Shown here: in pieces, positions 14,223-27,609 of the stretch
How positions within the stretch are numbered: the first letter of the stretch is position 1
How the letters are laid out: each line of letters begins with the position of its first letter
NCBI GenBank assembly: GCA_030265395.1
Contig: JARFYF010000094.1
Location: forward strand, 29,138,919 to 29,202,918
Reading direction: 5' to 3'
DNA length: 64,000 nucleotides
Origin: Rhina ancylostomus
Lineage: Eukaryota
Program-made: the position numbers and the translations under genes
The notes under the pieces: model-generated
What the model saw: the letters and a program-made list of their open reading frames with translations, nothing else
Told to the model about the DNA's origin: nothing
Database searches by the model: none

Positions 14223-16962
14223 GATCAAATACTAGAGTTTACCTGCCAAGTTATCTTTTTCAAAAAAACTGCCAGAATTTTCAACACCCAATGAAATTTA
14301 AAAGTGCATTTGGGGACAGCTCCTAGGCACAAGCTTTAAAGCAGCGGCACAAAGGAACTTATGGGCAGTTGTTACCAAGGGAACATTGCTTTCATTCTGT
14401 CTGCATTCCTCATTCTCTCTTGTTTTCCATTTCTGTCATGGATAAAAATTTATATTCTAATATTGAATGAATTTGTCAGATCTACTGGATGCAGCAAAGG
14501 GCAGTTTGGTGCTAGATTTTGTTATGTGGTAGACTGAAGCAATATAAATTGTAATTATGAGTAGCACAGCCAGAAATAGAATTGGACTGATCTCTAAAGA
14601 CTGCAGAAAATTAAATTATTATGTGGAATAGCAGCGTAAGCAGCATTTTTATGGAGACTTTACAGAAGTGATTGCTTGCCCAAGCAAAGCTTTCCTAGTG
14701 TTGCTGATTGCTTCTATTTTCCTGTGACTGTTAGACAGAGAATAAACATTGACTGGGAATATTGTACATGACAGCAGCAAATTTGACTGCTTTGGAGGAC
14801 ATTCCCATGAGAGTAAATTTGAGCAATTTACAAATGCCACTTGGACACTTGAGATGGCCTTGACTATAGAATTCAAAATAATTCACACTGCTGCCATTGG
14901 CATTTTATGCCAAAGTTTTTTTTTCATTCATTACTGCAATTAATCACCAGCCATCACCAACACATCCAGGGCATATATTAAAAGAGCTTGTGTCTCACAA
15001 AAGCCTAGCGTAAAAAAACTCCATTTTGTTAATGATCCGATGATGTGTTATTGGGAAGAGCAGTTTGACTTACTCATCATCCAAAGACTTAATACAACTT
15101 CTATATTTAAACAAAAGCATACATCACTGGAAAGATAAAATATTGCCCATTAAAAGCACTGGGTAGAAGTGAGATCTGAGTGAGGTTAGCTTTCAGCAGC
15201 ACATCCCTGTAAAACTCCTACCCAAGTATTTACATCCCCATTTGCAACTAGCTCTTTCCTTTCTTTCTACCTTACCTAGTCTTCAGAGTCCAGTTTTTAA
15301 TATAAGAGCCAATACCCATCTTTCCTAATCCAATTGATACTCTTCTTGGTTTCCCTTAGCAACAGGCATTTGACCAATGCCCTTGTTTTTTGCTCTTTGA
15401 CTGTCTAATCCATTCCTTGCTAAAACATGCTGACACTACACAATTGAGCAAAGTTCTATGGTCAGTGGATGTGATTTTTGTGTTTACTTTGTTCCCTTGT
15501 CCATACATATTGACAGCTTTTTTTGACAGCTAAAGGAAAGTAATACTGAGATCAGGTGAGAAAAAATATTAACAAGGTATTACTCACTTTTTTAAGAAGC
15601 AGATTTTCAATCGCCTCTTGAATTTAGTCTAATTTCATCAGTGCTTTCATGATTCATAATCATTTAGAATGCCTCTAGCCTTTGTTCTTGTTTGGCTATT
15701 TTATATTATCAAATTTATTGTTTATATTAACCAAGCAAAGTGGTCGGCCACGATTGGAAATTTGCAAGATGACAAAATAATTCAATCAGGAAGCATGAAA
15801 GAATGGAGCTTCATGAAATACGATAGAAATTCAACAATCAAATCTCAGTTTCTACTGTTGAAATAGTCAACAAGTTGAGCAGCACTTATGAAGAAAGAAA
15901 TAGGTCTGATGTTTCAGTTTGACCTTTCATTCAGTTCTACCTTCTTTCAAATTCTCATCTTCCTCAAATTCTATGTGGCAGCTCGTTAAATTTCTTTCTT
16001 CATAATGTTAGACATCTTTAAAACAGAATCCTCCAACATTCCTTTCTTCATAATGTTTTAGGATGTAAAGTAAGGAGTATTAGATCTGGTAATTCATTCT
16101 TCTCCCGCAGCTCACTGACTGTGTCTCAAGGCTATAACAAGTGTGGATTGTATGGTAATTCAGTATATGGCAGGTTCAACTTACTTTTGTCCACGTACCC
16201 AACTTTCTTTTGTAATTCTACAGCAAGCATGTGTATAAAGCAAAGAACAGAACAAGTTCCATTACTTAAGATCTTAAGGTGACATGCAAGGGGATGTCAC
16301 TTCCAGATCTTAAGAAATAGAAAGGAAAGTGAAGGCGAAGTTGTGGATTGCCATTTTCAAAGGAGGCATTTCCTGCAGGTGAGAGTTTGCCACTGATACA
16401 GGGTCCTAGAAAATTAATCTTGTAACATCATAGAAATATTGTGTACAACATCAGGCCTAGACAAATGTAAGAACTGAAGGAATGACAAGTAAAACAGATA
16501 CTTTACATTCTTTACACGATTAGATTGAGTGCCCATAAGCAGAGAATCATCTTTCTAAGCTGCAAAAGCCTTTTGGACATATTCAGGTATACATGATCAA
16601 CATCTTCAACTTATTTCTGTTTAAGAGCTGAACATTGTATTATTGCTATAATAATTGAGGATCATATCCAGACGTATGGTGTTTCTGTGGATCCTCTCCG
16701 GAATTAACAGGGGAACCACCACAGATAATGCATCTTGAAGTTTAAACTTATAATAGTAGAAGTGATTCTGAATGTACTGTAATAATTTAAGAATTTATAC
16801 TGGATTTATCAGAGGGCTAGGAGATCAACATCTGAAAGTATCAGTGGGATGGGAGCTGCGTTAATTTATTCATTTGCCAACAGATGAAATATCTCTGCAG
16901 AGATTTCCTATGGGGTGTCTTAGAAAAAATGAAATCCAGGTGTCAGGTAATCTAAGTGAAAA

Positions 16963-17922
16963 TCAAATAAAATGTAGATGCTGGAAATCTAAAATAAGAA
17001 CCAAAGAATGCGGGAAATACTCAGCAGGCCAGGCTGTATTTGTGGGAATATAATTGGATGGAAGACTCTTTGCCAGAACTGGAAGGAGACAAAAGAAGCT
17101 TGTAGGCTGTAGGGACGGTAAGGGAAGGGGAGGTGTCTCTAACAGGGTAAAACCAGGATGATCATAGGGAAGCTATAAACAAAGTTACCTGGTCACCAAG
17201 TGAATGGGAGCAGTTAGAGAGCGAGAGCGAGAACAAAGACAAAAGAGTGTAGGAGTTGTGAAATGCAGAGCAGGAAGACTGGCCAGGTCAGGTTGGGCAT
17301 GCCCTCAACACCCAGAGGAAACAAAAAGAGGAACAAAAGGAAAATAAAACAATCAACCTGAGCCAATATCAGAGACAGATGAGTGATGCAGAGAGAGAAA
17401 TCAAGTTACCTGAAGTTGTAGAAGTTCAGCACCTCATTCAGAATACAGCACCTCGTTTTCCATCTCGGCATGTTGCTGTCTTCTGGACTCCATAATGAAA
17501 TCTACAAATTCAGGTAATTTGATTTCTCTGTATGAGCTTGTTTGTCTCCTTCCCCTCACCTTTTTTTCCTCCGGGAATGGAGGACATGCTCAGTCTGACC
17601 AACAAGGCACGTCTTCCTGCTCTGCATTTTGCACCTCCTACAGTCTTATATCTATGTTCTATTGCTTAACTTCTCACACTCGGACTACACCCCTTCACCC
17701 ACTGACCTAATAGCTTTGTTAACAGCTTATCTCCATGGTCACTCCAGTTTTACCCTGTCAAAGACATCTCCCTTTCCACCCTCCCTGCAGCTTAACAAGC
17801 TTCTTTTTGCTCATTCCCTGTTCCGATGAAGGGTCTTCAAACTGAAACATTAACTCTGCTTCTCTTCCCACAGATGTGGCCCGACCTGCTGAGTACTTCC
17901 AGCATTTTCTGTTTTTATTTTA
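16963..17922 (+). mobile_element. Penelope-like element 3' end with an inverted pseudo-LTR (foldback)
   Basis: 17443-17517 reads IQHLVFHLGMLLSSGLHNEIYKFR*, like the Penelope GIY-YIG ORF end (EQHLIFRLGTLQPxGLNIEF). 16963-17430 is an inverted copy of 17500-17922. Confidence 0.85.
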
Positions 17923-20579
17923 GGTAAAGTTACACATGGTTGGAAATGCAATTAAACTGCTGGATTAGGCACACAGTGCAGTTAGACAATGAAGGGATCC
18001 TCTACTCCTATGTTGTTGACTGGTACTCCTTTCATTCTACACAGCTCTGTGAATGTGCTTCTTATCCAATTTGCAGAGCAGCCTTGCCTCCTGTGTGCAT
18101 CACCACTAAACCATTATAATGAAGACAGAATACAAATATGGAATCAAGGTTCACAACAATAAATCATGCCTCCATCAATTCCATGAGCTTAGTGTGGCAG
18201 GCTAGCATCCAACTAACATCACCATTCAGGATATACAATAATAGCCTCTTTCATGGAGTCCATCTGTGAAATGTGAAATTGCAGCAATTCCCTAGCACTT
18301 ACCATGGAGAATCTGGTCGCACCTGCATCCGATCAGGTGAGACAAAGGAACAGCAGCTCCATCATTTAAATAAAAAGAAACAGCTCAAACAAAGAGGTAA
18401 CATTAAGTTCACTTACAGATTTTCTGAATTGTTTATACTTAATTTTACTGGTTTCTTTCTCATGTTTTAGAAACAGTAAATAGTTTTGTGGATTAAAGCA
18501 CTTTTTAAATGATTAGAATGACATTTAAATAGTTTTGCATGTTTGTGAATGTCCTTGAATGTTAGAAAAACTCAAACCTATTCATAGTTTGTGACAGATT
18601 TGACAGCTGACTAAACTAAGGGTTGTCAGAGTTTTCTCACCATTGTTATGAGTGGCATTTGTCCTGACTGCCCTAACAAGCCAGAGTTCATGTACAGGGT
18701 GCCATTCCACAGTGTGGGTGCTCACCACTGAGGGCAGGGCCATTTGAGATCCATGCAAGTGATCTTTTATTATAGGTTATCAGAGAGCACATCTTGGTTG
18801 CTGCTGACTTCAAGTTCTGGGCCAGTAAAACTCCTCCACCCTTCTTAAAGAAAGCAAGACCAATAGCAACATAAATTGTCAGGTGTAGCTATAACAGCCG
18901 ACAATTACAAAATGCCTGTTTATAACTTCATCGTGTGAAAAGGATTCCATCGTATGTTATGAACTGTATTATCGTGCATTAACTATAAAACATTGTAATG
19001 GAAATATAAAAACACCACAAAAAAAGTGGTCAAACCGGCACAGAATCTTACCTTCCTACATGGTCTACTTTGTTCCATCACACTGATGATGATATTAAGC
19101 TTTTGAAACATTGTTTACCAAGTTACAAAGCAAAATCTGAAGCCTTATCATTATTTGTCACATCTTGTCAATGAATAAAATGTCACAATGTATGTAATGC
19201 CAAAAACTATCACTCTATTATGATTCAATGTGCTGTTCTCATCATTACGTATGCAATATAGAATCATTCAGCTGATAATCTACATTGGCATAAATACCAT
19301 GACATTTTCATTAATTTTCACAGGGAGAAACAAATGTGCAAATTCTATTGTTGTGTATATTGGAATAATTTCTTTGTATTTCCTTTAAACTCATCTGCAT
19401 ACCATATCATTAAATGAGAATTGTGAATTATTTCCCATACCAACCAGAGGAAAGGTGTTGGCTTGCGATAAAAAATTACACTTGTATATAATGTACAGTA
19501 TTTATTACAAGAAATTATCATTAACATATGTTCCCTTTGCAGTACAATTCTACCTGAAGTGACATTCACTTATATCACAAAGCAATTAGGATATCAGACT
19601 TCAAACTCTCAAATCAAAGGCTGTTAAATTTTCAGTCAGTTTCATTGCAAAGCATCTGGTAATTAATGTAAGTACCATGGGCCAGATTTGCATTTGCTTT
19701 TATTTCTCTGTATAACTGACAGAAACTTTTGAAGCCTTAACATATGCAGTTAACATGACAATTCAAAGTTGGTATCAGTGATGTACTGACCTCCTGCAGG
19801 CTGCACTGCTGATCTCCTCACAAATGGAAATCTTTTTTCGAAATAATTGAATTGAGGATAATTTCAACATTTTGTGCATTAATCTATCTTAAAAAACTTT
19901 TGAAAAGGTTAAGCCTTCTTGAATAAGATGTTACTGAGCTTTTAATGGTGCATTGAGACAAATTCCTAAGCTCTGAAAAGTTTTACATTTGGAATATAAT
20001 TCCTTTAAAATAATTATTCAAAAAGTGTGCTTTAAAAACTTTGAAGTTTGATTATGATATTTCAATTTGTACCTCAATCTCACATATTATTTCAAATGTT
20101 TAACTCTCTGTAAAATGTTTTTAATGTAATTTAAAATTGATGCTTTTTACTTGCCAGCTTGCTGCCTGCAAGTATTTTTCAATGCCTTTTAGAACTCATC
20201 TTGCTTGAAGTGATCACAATTACTGGATTTCAGACATCACCTTTATCTGACAACAACATGAAATGAACGTTGGAAAAGAGGGAAATCTATATCAGAGAGA
20301 ATACCTGTCCATTATGGCCTGCTGTCTTCAAGTGCAGTGGTAAGCTCTGTCATATTGAGTTGACTGAAAAGTTTCAGGCCATGGGATTCACCCACTTTAA
20401 GCTTTCAGTAAAGTAAATAAAAATATCTGTTGTTAATCAAATTCCTAAATAGTCTGTAACTAGTAAAGGTAAGGATAAAGCAAACAGACAGGGCGAATGC
20501 ATCTCCTATGTAATAGTGAGCATCACAAGAATAATGTGGAAGAGAACAATTCAATGGGAATGAGAAAGTGAGGTGATGA

Positions 20580-20945
20580 CATTTGATAGCACAATAGTTA
20601 AGTTACTGAACAACCAGTCAGAGATATAGACCATTGATCTAGGGAAATATTCTTGAATCCCACTGAGAGAGGTGGGTAACTCCGCAAGTCTGATTTTTTT
20701 TTATTATTCTAAAAAGCCAGAGTTAGTTAGGTAACCTGAAACAACTAAATTGTCACAAAAATACATCCTGTACTCTAATGTTTTCAAGGAAGTAAGTCTA
20801 TCATCCTTACCTGCTCTGGGATTTATGTAACTCCAGACCCATCAATGCAGTTGGCTCTAAACTGCCTCCTCAATTTGACGGCAATTAGGAATGGAGAATA
20901 AATACTGTCATTGGAAGCAATGACATCGTCGTGTAATTGAATAAC
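20580..20945 (+). mobile_element. Old tRNA-derived SINE with a CR1-type 3' tail
   Basis: Contains ...ctaatgttttcaaggaag...ccttacctgctctggg...gtaactccagaccc...ggcaattaggaatggagaataaat. The tail is shared with the LINE end at 34870-35185. Confidence 0.6.
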
Positions 20946-22766
20946 TTAACAAAAAAGCACTAATTCCAAGATGGTGCGCTTTTTACACATAGATTGGAGA
21001 AGACATACTTGCGCTGCAATATTATTCAGGGTAACTTCTGGACATCAATTCACTGTGTTACAGGTCACAGGAGAACTGAGATTCATTCAATATGAGAAGA
21101 CAGGAAGCCAGAGTTATGATAGGGCCTTTTAATTTTATAGTGTTAAAATCTCAAAGTTTGATTTTGCACTGAAGGCTGCTATTCAAAGACTATGGATAGA
21201 AAGGGGTATCAAGTGTGCAAATAATCCATGAACAACTTCGAAGAATTCTGCGTATCAGTGTCAAGTTTGCAAACAGTTATCTCAAAACTTCAAGTATCTT
21301 AGCCCTCCAATCTATACCATGGATGAGATAAAACTGGCTTTTAGAAACTAAGGCAAATCCAATTTTTTCTGATGATTGATATTTTTGCAAGCAATAGGAG
21401 CAAAAGCCCAACCAGCAATCTCACTGTCTGCATTATAGCCCAAGCACATCCCCAAATGTGCTGTGATGTGAAATGGATGCTAAGAGTCCAACTATACTTG
21501 CCATATTGGCCTCTTGTGGCTAAATCTATCCTGAAAATTAATTGGGCTGTGAGTAGATTTTGAACCCAACATATAGGGGCCAGGTTTTTAGGCTTTAATT
21601 GGACCCTAAGAACCCAATATTGTAGAACAACTTAAGGAGACTAAGATGCATTTCCTCAGTTACAATGGTTAATCCAAGATGTGGTTTCATGGTAATTTTA
21701 GAGAACGTTAGAGATTCAGTGATATTACTTGGAAAAGGACAGGGGAGTTCTTCTGGTTTCATGACCAGGATGATGGATTGGCCATTGCTCTAATCTCATT
21801 TTCATTTCTTGTCCATGAAAAACGCTATGCTTTCTCAATCAGTGTACTTGAATAAGATAAGCTGAAAATGTGTTGTATTAATAAAAATCTTCTTCCATTC
21901 CAATTTCTACATTTCCTATCTCAATCATTGATGTAAACTGTTTTCATATACTCCTTGGAACAAAAGACTTGAAGCTTTTTAATTAAACCAATAATGCCAT
22001 CACGCAGTAAATTCCATGTAGTCATTTTTGTCTAGCTAAATGTCTTGCTCTTTGTTGTTGAGCAACTCACTCAGCCTCTACATTATTGCAGCGATGCAAG
22101 CATTAATTTCTGATCTGAAAATGTGTGCAGAAGGTTAGTTTATCCAGCCCAACAAAACTGTATTTCTGAATGTTTAAACCTTTCTGGGTTGAATTTATGA
22201 TCTATCAATGGATATAGTAAACTTCATTTAATAAAATTGAAAATTACTGTTCCCATTCATAACTCTGTCAACTTTTCTTACTGCAGCTTTCAATGAGGCC
22301 ACAAAGTCTGTATTTATGTGACTTTTTAAAAATCTAATTAAGAATTGAGCAGGAAAAATATGATTTATTCTTGTAAGTGAAGAAATAGTGTATCCACATA
22401 ACACTGAAGAGTTTAATCAAATGCAACTCAGAATGATGTTCCAGCTCGACTTCTAAATGGATCCCCTAGATGGTGATATAAATCAGCAGTCAAGTAGAAT
22501 ATTCTAACTGGAACTGTGAAGATCAAAACAAATTCTACTTGCCCACACATTATAAATTAATCAAAATATGAAACCAGAAAATAAAGAATCTGTGTAAAGT
22601 AAATGTCTTGATATAATAAATCATAAAGACCTGGAGATAATACAACTAAGCATTGTACTTGGTGTCTGAAAATAATAGAACTAAGCTTGAATGGTTTATA
22701 TCTGTTGTTCAAACTATGTGATAATATTGGCTTGAAGTCGCTTCATTTCTTTTCACATTATAAATA

Positions 22767-23335
22767 GGTAAATAACTTGGTAAATTGGTTTATTATTGTC
22801 ACATGTACTAAGGTACAGTGAGAAACTTCTCTCTTTTTCCATCTTTTTATTAAATATCAAATTAATATATATAACAATAGTAATTATACACATGGTGTGA
22901 AGAGATTGGGATTATAATAGTAACAGTTGACATATACAAACACGGGGAGTAAAATATATAATCTGAACCTCCCAATTTCTTACTAAATGAACATGATACA
23001 AAAGAATTTGAAAAGAAATTTNNNNNNNNNNNNNNNNNNNNNNNNNNNNNNNNNNNNNNNNNNNNNNNNNNNNNNNNNNNNNNNNNNNNNNNNNNNNNNN
23101 NNNNNNNNNNNNNNNNNNNNNTGTGGGTCTTCAGGCTCCTGTACCTCCTAGTTGATGGCAGCATCGAGAAGATGGCATGGCCTGGATGGTGGGGGTCCCT
23201 GATGATGGATGTTGTCTTCCTGAGACATTGCCTCTTGCAGATGTTCTCAATGGTGGGGAGAGCTATACCCGTGATGGAACTGGCTGAGTCCACCACTCTC
23301 TGTAGCCGCTTGCATTCTTATGCATTGGAGTTCCT
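22767..23335 (-). mobile_element. Rex1/Babar LINE 3' end interrupted by an L1-type 3' end
   Basis: Translates RLQRVVDSASSITGIALPTIENICKRQCLRKTTSIIRDPHHPGHAIFSMLPSTRRYRSLKTH (23122-23310). The terminus cactgtaccttagtacatgtgacaataataaacc lies at 22788-22820. Confidence 0.85.
22829..23021 (-). mobile_element. L1/Tx1-type LINE 3' UTR with A-rich tail (runs into a gap)
   Basis: Close match to 27612-27805, with AATAAA and a purine-rich tail on the minus strand. Confidence 0.75.
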
Positions 23336-24028
23336 CTGCATTGGAGGTTGATTGAAATGCTGATGCTGATTTAGTGCCTTTTAAATTTCAATATGTTCCA
23401 TCAGAGAATGAAAAATATAAATTTACAGCAATTTGTCTTTGCATTTTATCTTTTCCTTCTGCCAGCTGTATTGTTTTAATGTAAGGACAAAATTATTTTT
23501 AATGTGATACAATCTACTGTATGTAGTCACATATGAGGAATGGCCCCATTCCCCACTCATTCCACTTCCAATCTACTGAGTCTGTATTCTTTAATTACAG
23601 AAGTAACACCCAAAAGGAGGGCTGCAGGGAGAGAGAAGGAAAATTAAGATTTTGAGGTTACAAATTCGTTAGTATAGATAGTATTTGATGATGACATGGA
23701 CATAGTGGGCCAAAGGGCCTGATTCTGGGATGATCTTGATGATACATTATGTTTCAGGGAGAGAACTGAGCTTGGGATTGAATAAGATGTCAAAATCGAT
23801 GTACTTAACATCATTTTCTTTCCTGGTTCCTTACTCTGACCTGGGTGATGCTTAGCTGTACGATCTGATTCAAAACTAATCTTTGAAATTCCACAAACTA
23901 TTTTACAACATCTTTACAACATATTTCTCTAACTCTCCTGCTACGACCCATTGACATACTTTTTCTTCTCGAAACTCAACCTGTCCAATGCTTACACAGC
24001 TGATATTGTGAATACAAATCTCTGCATT

Positions 24029-24575
24029 CATAGAACACACCTTCAGCCCATCATGTCTATGCCAACCATGATGCCAAATTAAACTGCACCTATCTGCCTA
24101 CACATGATCCATAGCACTCCATTCCCTGCATGTTCATGTGCCTGTTTAAATGCCTCTTAAACATCGCAACGTGTCTGCTTCCACCACCGCCCCAGCAGCC
24201 CCTTCCAGGCACCAACCATGCTCTGTGTAAAAAAAACTACTCTGCATATCTCATTTAAATGTTCCCCTTCTCATCTTAAAGCTATGCCCTCTCGTATTTC
24301 TACCCTGGGAAAAGACTCTGACTATCGACCCTGTCTGGGTCTCTCATAATTTTATAAACCTCTATCAAGACTCCCATCAGCCATCGGCACTCCAGTGAAA
24401 AACAACCCAACTTTGTCCAACCTCTCCATACAGTTAATACTCTCTAATCCAGGCAACATCCTGGTGAAGCTCTGCTGCACACTCTACAAAGCATCGACAT
24501 CCTTCCTGTCATGGGGTGACCATAACTGCACATAATGCTCCAAATACAGCCTGACCATTTTATTTACAGCTGCAA
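24029..24575 (-). mobile_element. CR1 LINE 3' ~550 bp
   Basis: Reverse of the typical CR1 ORF2 end and UTR (tctaatccaggcaacatcctggtgaagctctgctgcac; cagcccatcatgtctatgcc). Confidence 0.85.
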
Positions 24576-24639
24576 ATTCTCCTGTTTAGAACTCTGTTCT
24601 TGATATTTTCTCCTTTTTATCTTGTTTAAAATCTATTCA

Positions 24640-24805
24640 ACCATTACAATATTTAAAAATATATTTGGACATGGACAGGGATAGGAAAGGTTCAGAGGGA
24701 TATGGACCAATCGCAGCCAAATGGGATTAGATCAGGAAGGCACCTTGGTCAGCATGGACGAGATGGACTGAAGGCCCTACTTTTGTGCTGTATGATTCTA
24801 TGAAT
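24640..24805 (+). mobile_element. CR1 LINE 3' tail
   Basis: Matches 100-268 and ends tgtgctgtatgattctatga. Confidence 0.8.
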
Positions 24806-24909
24806 TTCTCCCAGCTTCTGCTGCTTAATTTCAATCCTCTCCTATGAGAAGAGTTGGGACCTTCTACATTCAACATGCCATGAAATTAAGGTTATCTTTG
24901 CTCTGCAAC

Positions 24910-25135
24910 TTTGGACTTAGCTTTGCGTGACAGATTGGAGGCAGTCAAATGTTGTCATCAAGACGGTAGCTGTATTTAGCTGGAAGAAACTAGGCCTCAT
25001 CCAAGCCTTCATGTCTGATGGATGGCTGGGAAGAATGGCTGCAGCCTTTGGATCAGTGGGGGAGACAGAGGAAAGACTCTGTGTCATCAACATGATTGTG
25101 AGGATTGGCAATACGATAATGTACAGTTCTCTCTG
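24910..25135 (-). mobile_element. L2-type RT fragment
   Basis: Minus-strand translation resembles HxADDT...PTDPKAAAIL...SDMKAWMRPSFFQLN, the L2 RT DIKxWMxxNFLQLN motif. Confidence 0.65.
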
Positions 25136-25499
25136 TGAGTAAGGTTACGAGAGAGTCGCATTAGATCAGTTGTAGTTGAGGTGCACCTCTTGATTCTGAA
25201 TATCAAATAGCATCCAGCAAATTGATGTGGATTAGAAAATGGTTTTAGTTTCTGCTTTAAATGTTTCTTTCATATCGTACTCCCTATGTGAGTACATACA
25301 ATAGAACAGTAGAACTTAATAGCAGGTTGCAGACTTGTGTACTCCAACCATGGTGGTATGAATGTCATCAACTGACTAAATAATCAATTATTTTTAAATA
25401 AAGTTTTAAAGAGACATATTTTTCTTTTTCTTCTGTGGTCAGTAATGGAATACGAATACACACACGCATTAAATGCTGGGAGATGCATTCCTGATGTAT

Positions 25500-25720
25500 C
25501 AGACAAAATGCTGGAGGAACTCAATGGGTCTGGCAGCAACTGTGGAGGAAAATGGATAGTCAACAGTTTGGGTCAAGTCCCTTCATCCGGAGAGATGAAG
25601 GGTCTCGATTGGGAATGTCGACTGTCCATTTCCCTCCGCAGATGCTGCCTGACCTGCTGAGTTCTTCCAACATTTTGTTTGTTGCTCCAGATTCCAGCAT
25701 CTGCAGTCTCTTATGTCTCC
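25500..25720. mobile_element. Short Penelope-derived foldback element
   Basis: acaaaatgctggaggaactca...cccttcatc (25503-25588) is the inverse of gatgaaggg...ctgagttcttccaacattttgt (25594-25678). Confidence 0.8.
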
Positions 25721-27609
25721 ATTCCTGATATATATCAGGTTCAAAGGTTCCAGTACATTCCTCATGATAATAAACTGAATAAAAGATTTACCACATAGCT
25801 TAAAATAGTCAGTCAGTGCACTGAAGGTGCATTCTGCAAAATTAAAAGGACCCCAACAACATGACTGATTGTTAGGACATGTCACAAATGAAGAATTTTG
25901 TGATGCACAGATTATGTTTGCCTACTCTGTTATTTACCTTCATATCACAATGAGACGTTATCTTCTTCACAGATGTAATGAATAAATTTTACTAATATTG
26001 TCTCAGTTTTAAATTGAAATGAGACTTCATCCCCTGATTACCAACTCCTTAACAGTAATAATGTGAAGCCAAATGTCAGCAGATTAGCTTGAATCAAATT
26101 CCCAGAGTAATGCCTTTCCAGCACATTAGATATGAAGTACAATTCCAGCAATTCACTTGCTTGATAGTTCCCCTTTGAATAATACTGACAAGCTTTTGCC
26201 TAATGTGACTATTGTTTTTTTTAAACTGTTAGCTTGTGGTCTTATCAAATATACAGTTGTTCCAATTGAAATATATACGTTTCATTCTAATTAGCATACA
26301 ACCTCAATTCCCTGTAGTGAGTCAATAGGGAAATTATTTAAATAAAATGCATTTGGGCAGTCACAATCCAATTCATTTTGGACAAGTATGTTTGGGATCC
26401 TCCAAAAATTTGCCTCTTTGTTAATTTCACTTTTTGGAAGAGGCTGCTTCAGAAAAATGAGCTTCATTTTCCTCAGAAAACTGTTTCAACAGCATGAAAG
26501 CTCATTGACCTCAATGCCTGCCTCTCTATTCAATGACCATGTTGTGGTGTAAAAGGCAATTTCCATCAGCATGAAGTAAGAGAGATTAGGTTGGAACCTT
26601 AACTTTTCAGTGAGGGGGGTTAGCACAATGTGAAGACTTTAGCTGACCATGACTGTGATAAAGAGTACTGGGGACTGTAATGTTGAAGTAACCCAGCAGC
26701 CTATTTTTCAGCAATAGGTAGTTAACTCAGACACATCAGCAGCAAGAAGACTGAGAATAAATTTTCTAAAAGAAACAGAAATCTATAAACAGAGAGCTAC
26801 ATTTGGCGGAGGTACAAATCTGAGGTATGGTTTTCCCACACACACAAATTTGGAGCAGGAATAGGGCACTCAGTCCTCTGTGCCTGCTGTCATCGATAGC
26901 TGATCTGATTGTAAGCACATGATCATCTGCTTCCATCTAACATTTCACCACTTTCTGATCAAGAAGCTATCGACCTCTACCTGAAAAATAAAGGCTTTGT
27001 TGCATTATTAATTGAACTTTCTTTTGAGGTGATGTTTATTAAATTTCTCACAATTCAAATGAAAAAGTAACTTTCTTAACTTTTCAGTTTTCACAATGGG
27101 TTGGAATCTGTTAAAAACCTGCATCATCTGTGCCATCCAGCTTTATTTTTGCACAACAGTTGCAGCTTGTTTTAGTGTGAGTGATGTACCCCATTACATG
27201 TACCACATTGTCGCTTGCTAATATTTTTGCATAAAGGCTCTCAGCAAAAGTGTTCAATCAGTACATAAAAGTCCCAATCGATTTGCTGAATCACTGTTCT
27301 CACCTACAACCAATATGGAATGGCATGGGGAGATGCGGATTCATTACTCATTTGCTTAGTAGGCTGCTCATCTCAAAAATCATGCATTTCAGTGGTGTGA
27401 TCATATTCTCAAGCTGGTATTCATATCAACTCCATCTCATCTGAGGAATGACAACATTTTAGTCTAAATGTACAATGTCCTTTCAACCTTAACTCTTTAG
27501 GGTATCCTTATAATCAATTTATTCAAGGAATTTAATCTTAAAACTCAATAAACTTCTGAGCGTTTCAAAGACCAAATCTCCCCAGTCAATAATATCTTTC
27601 CACTAATAT

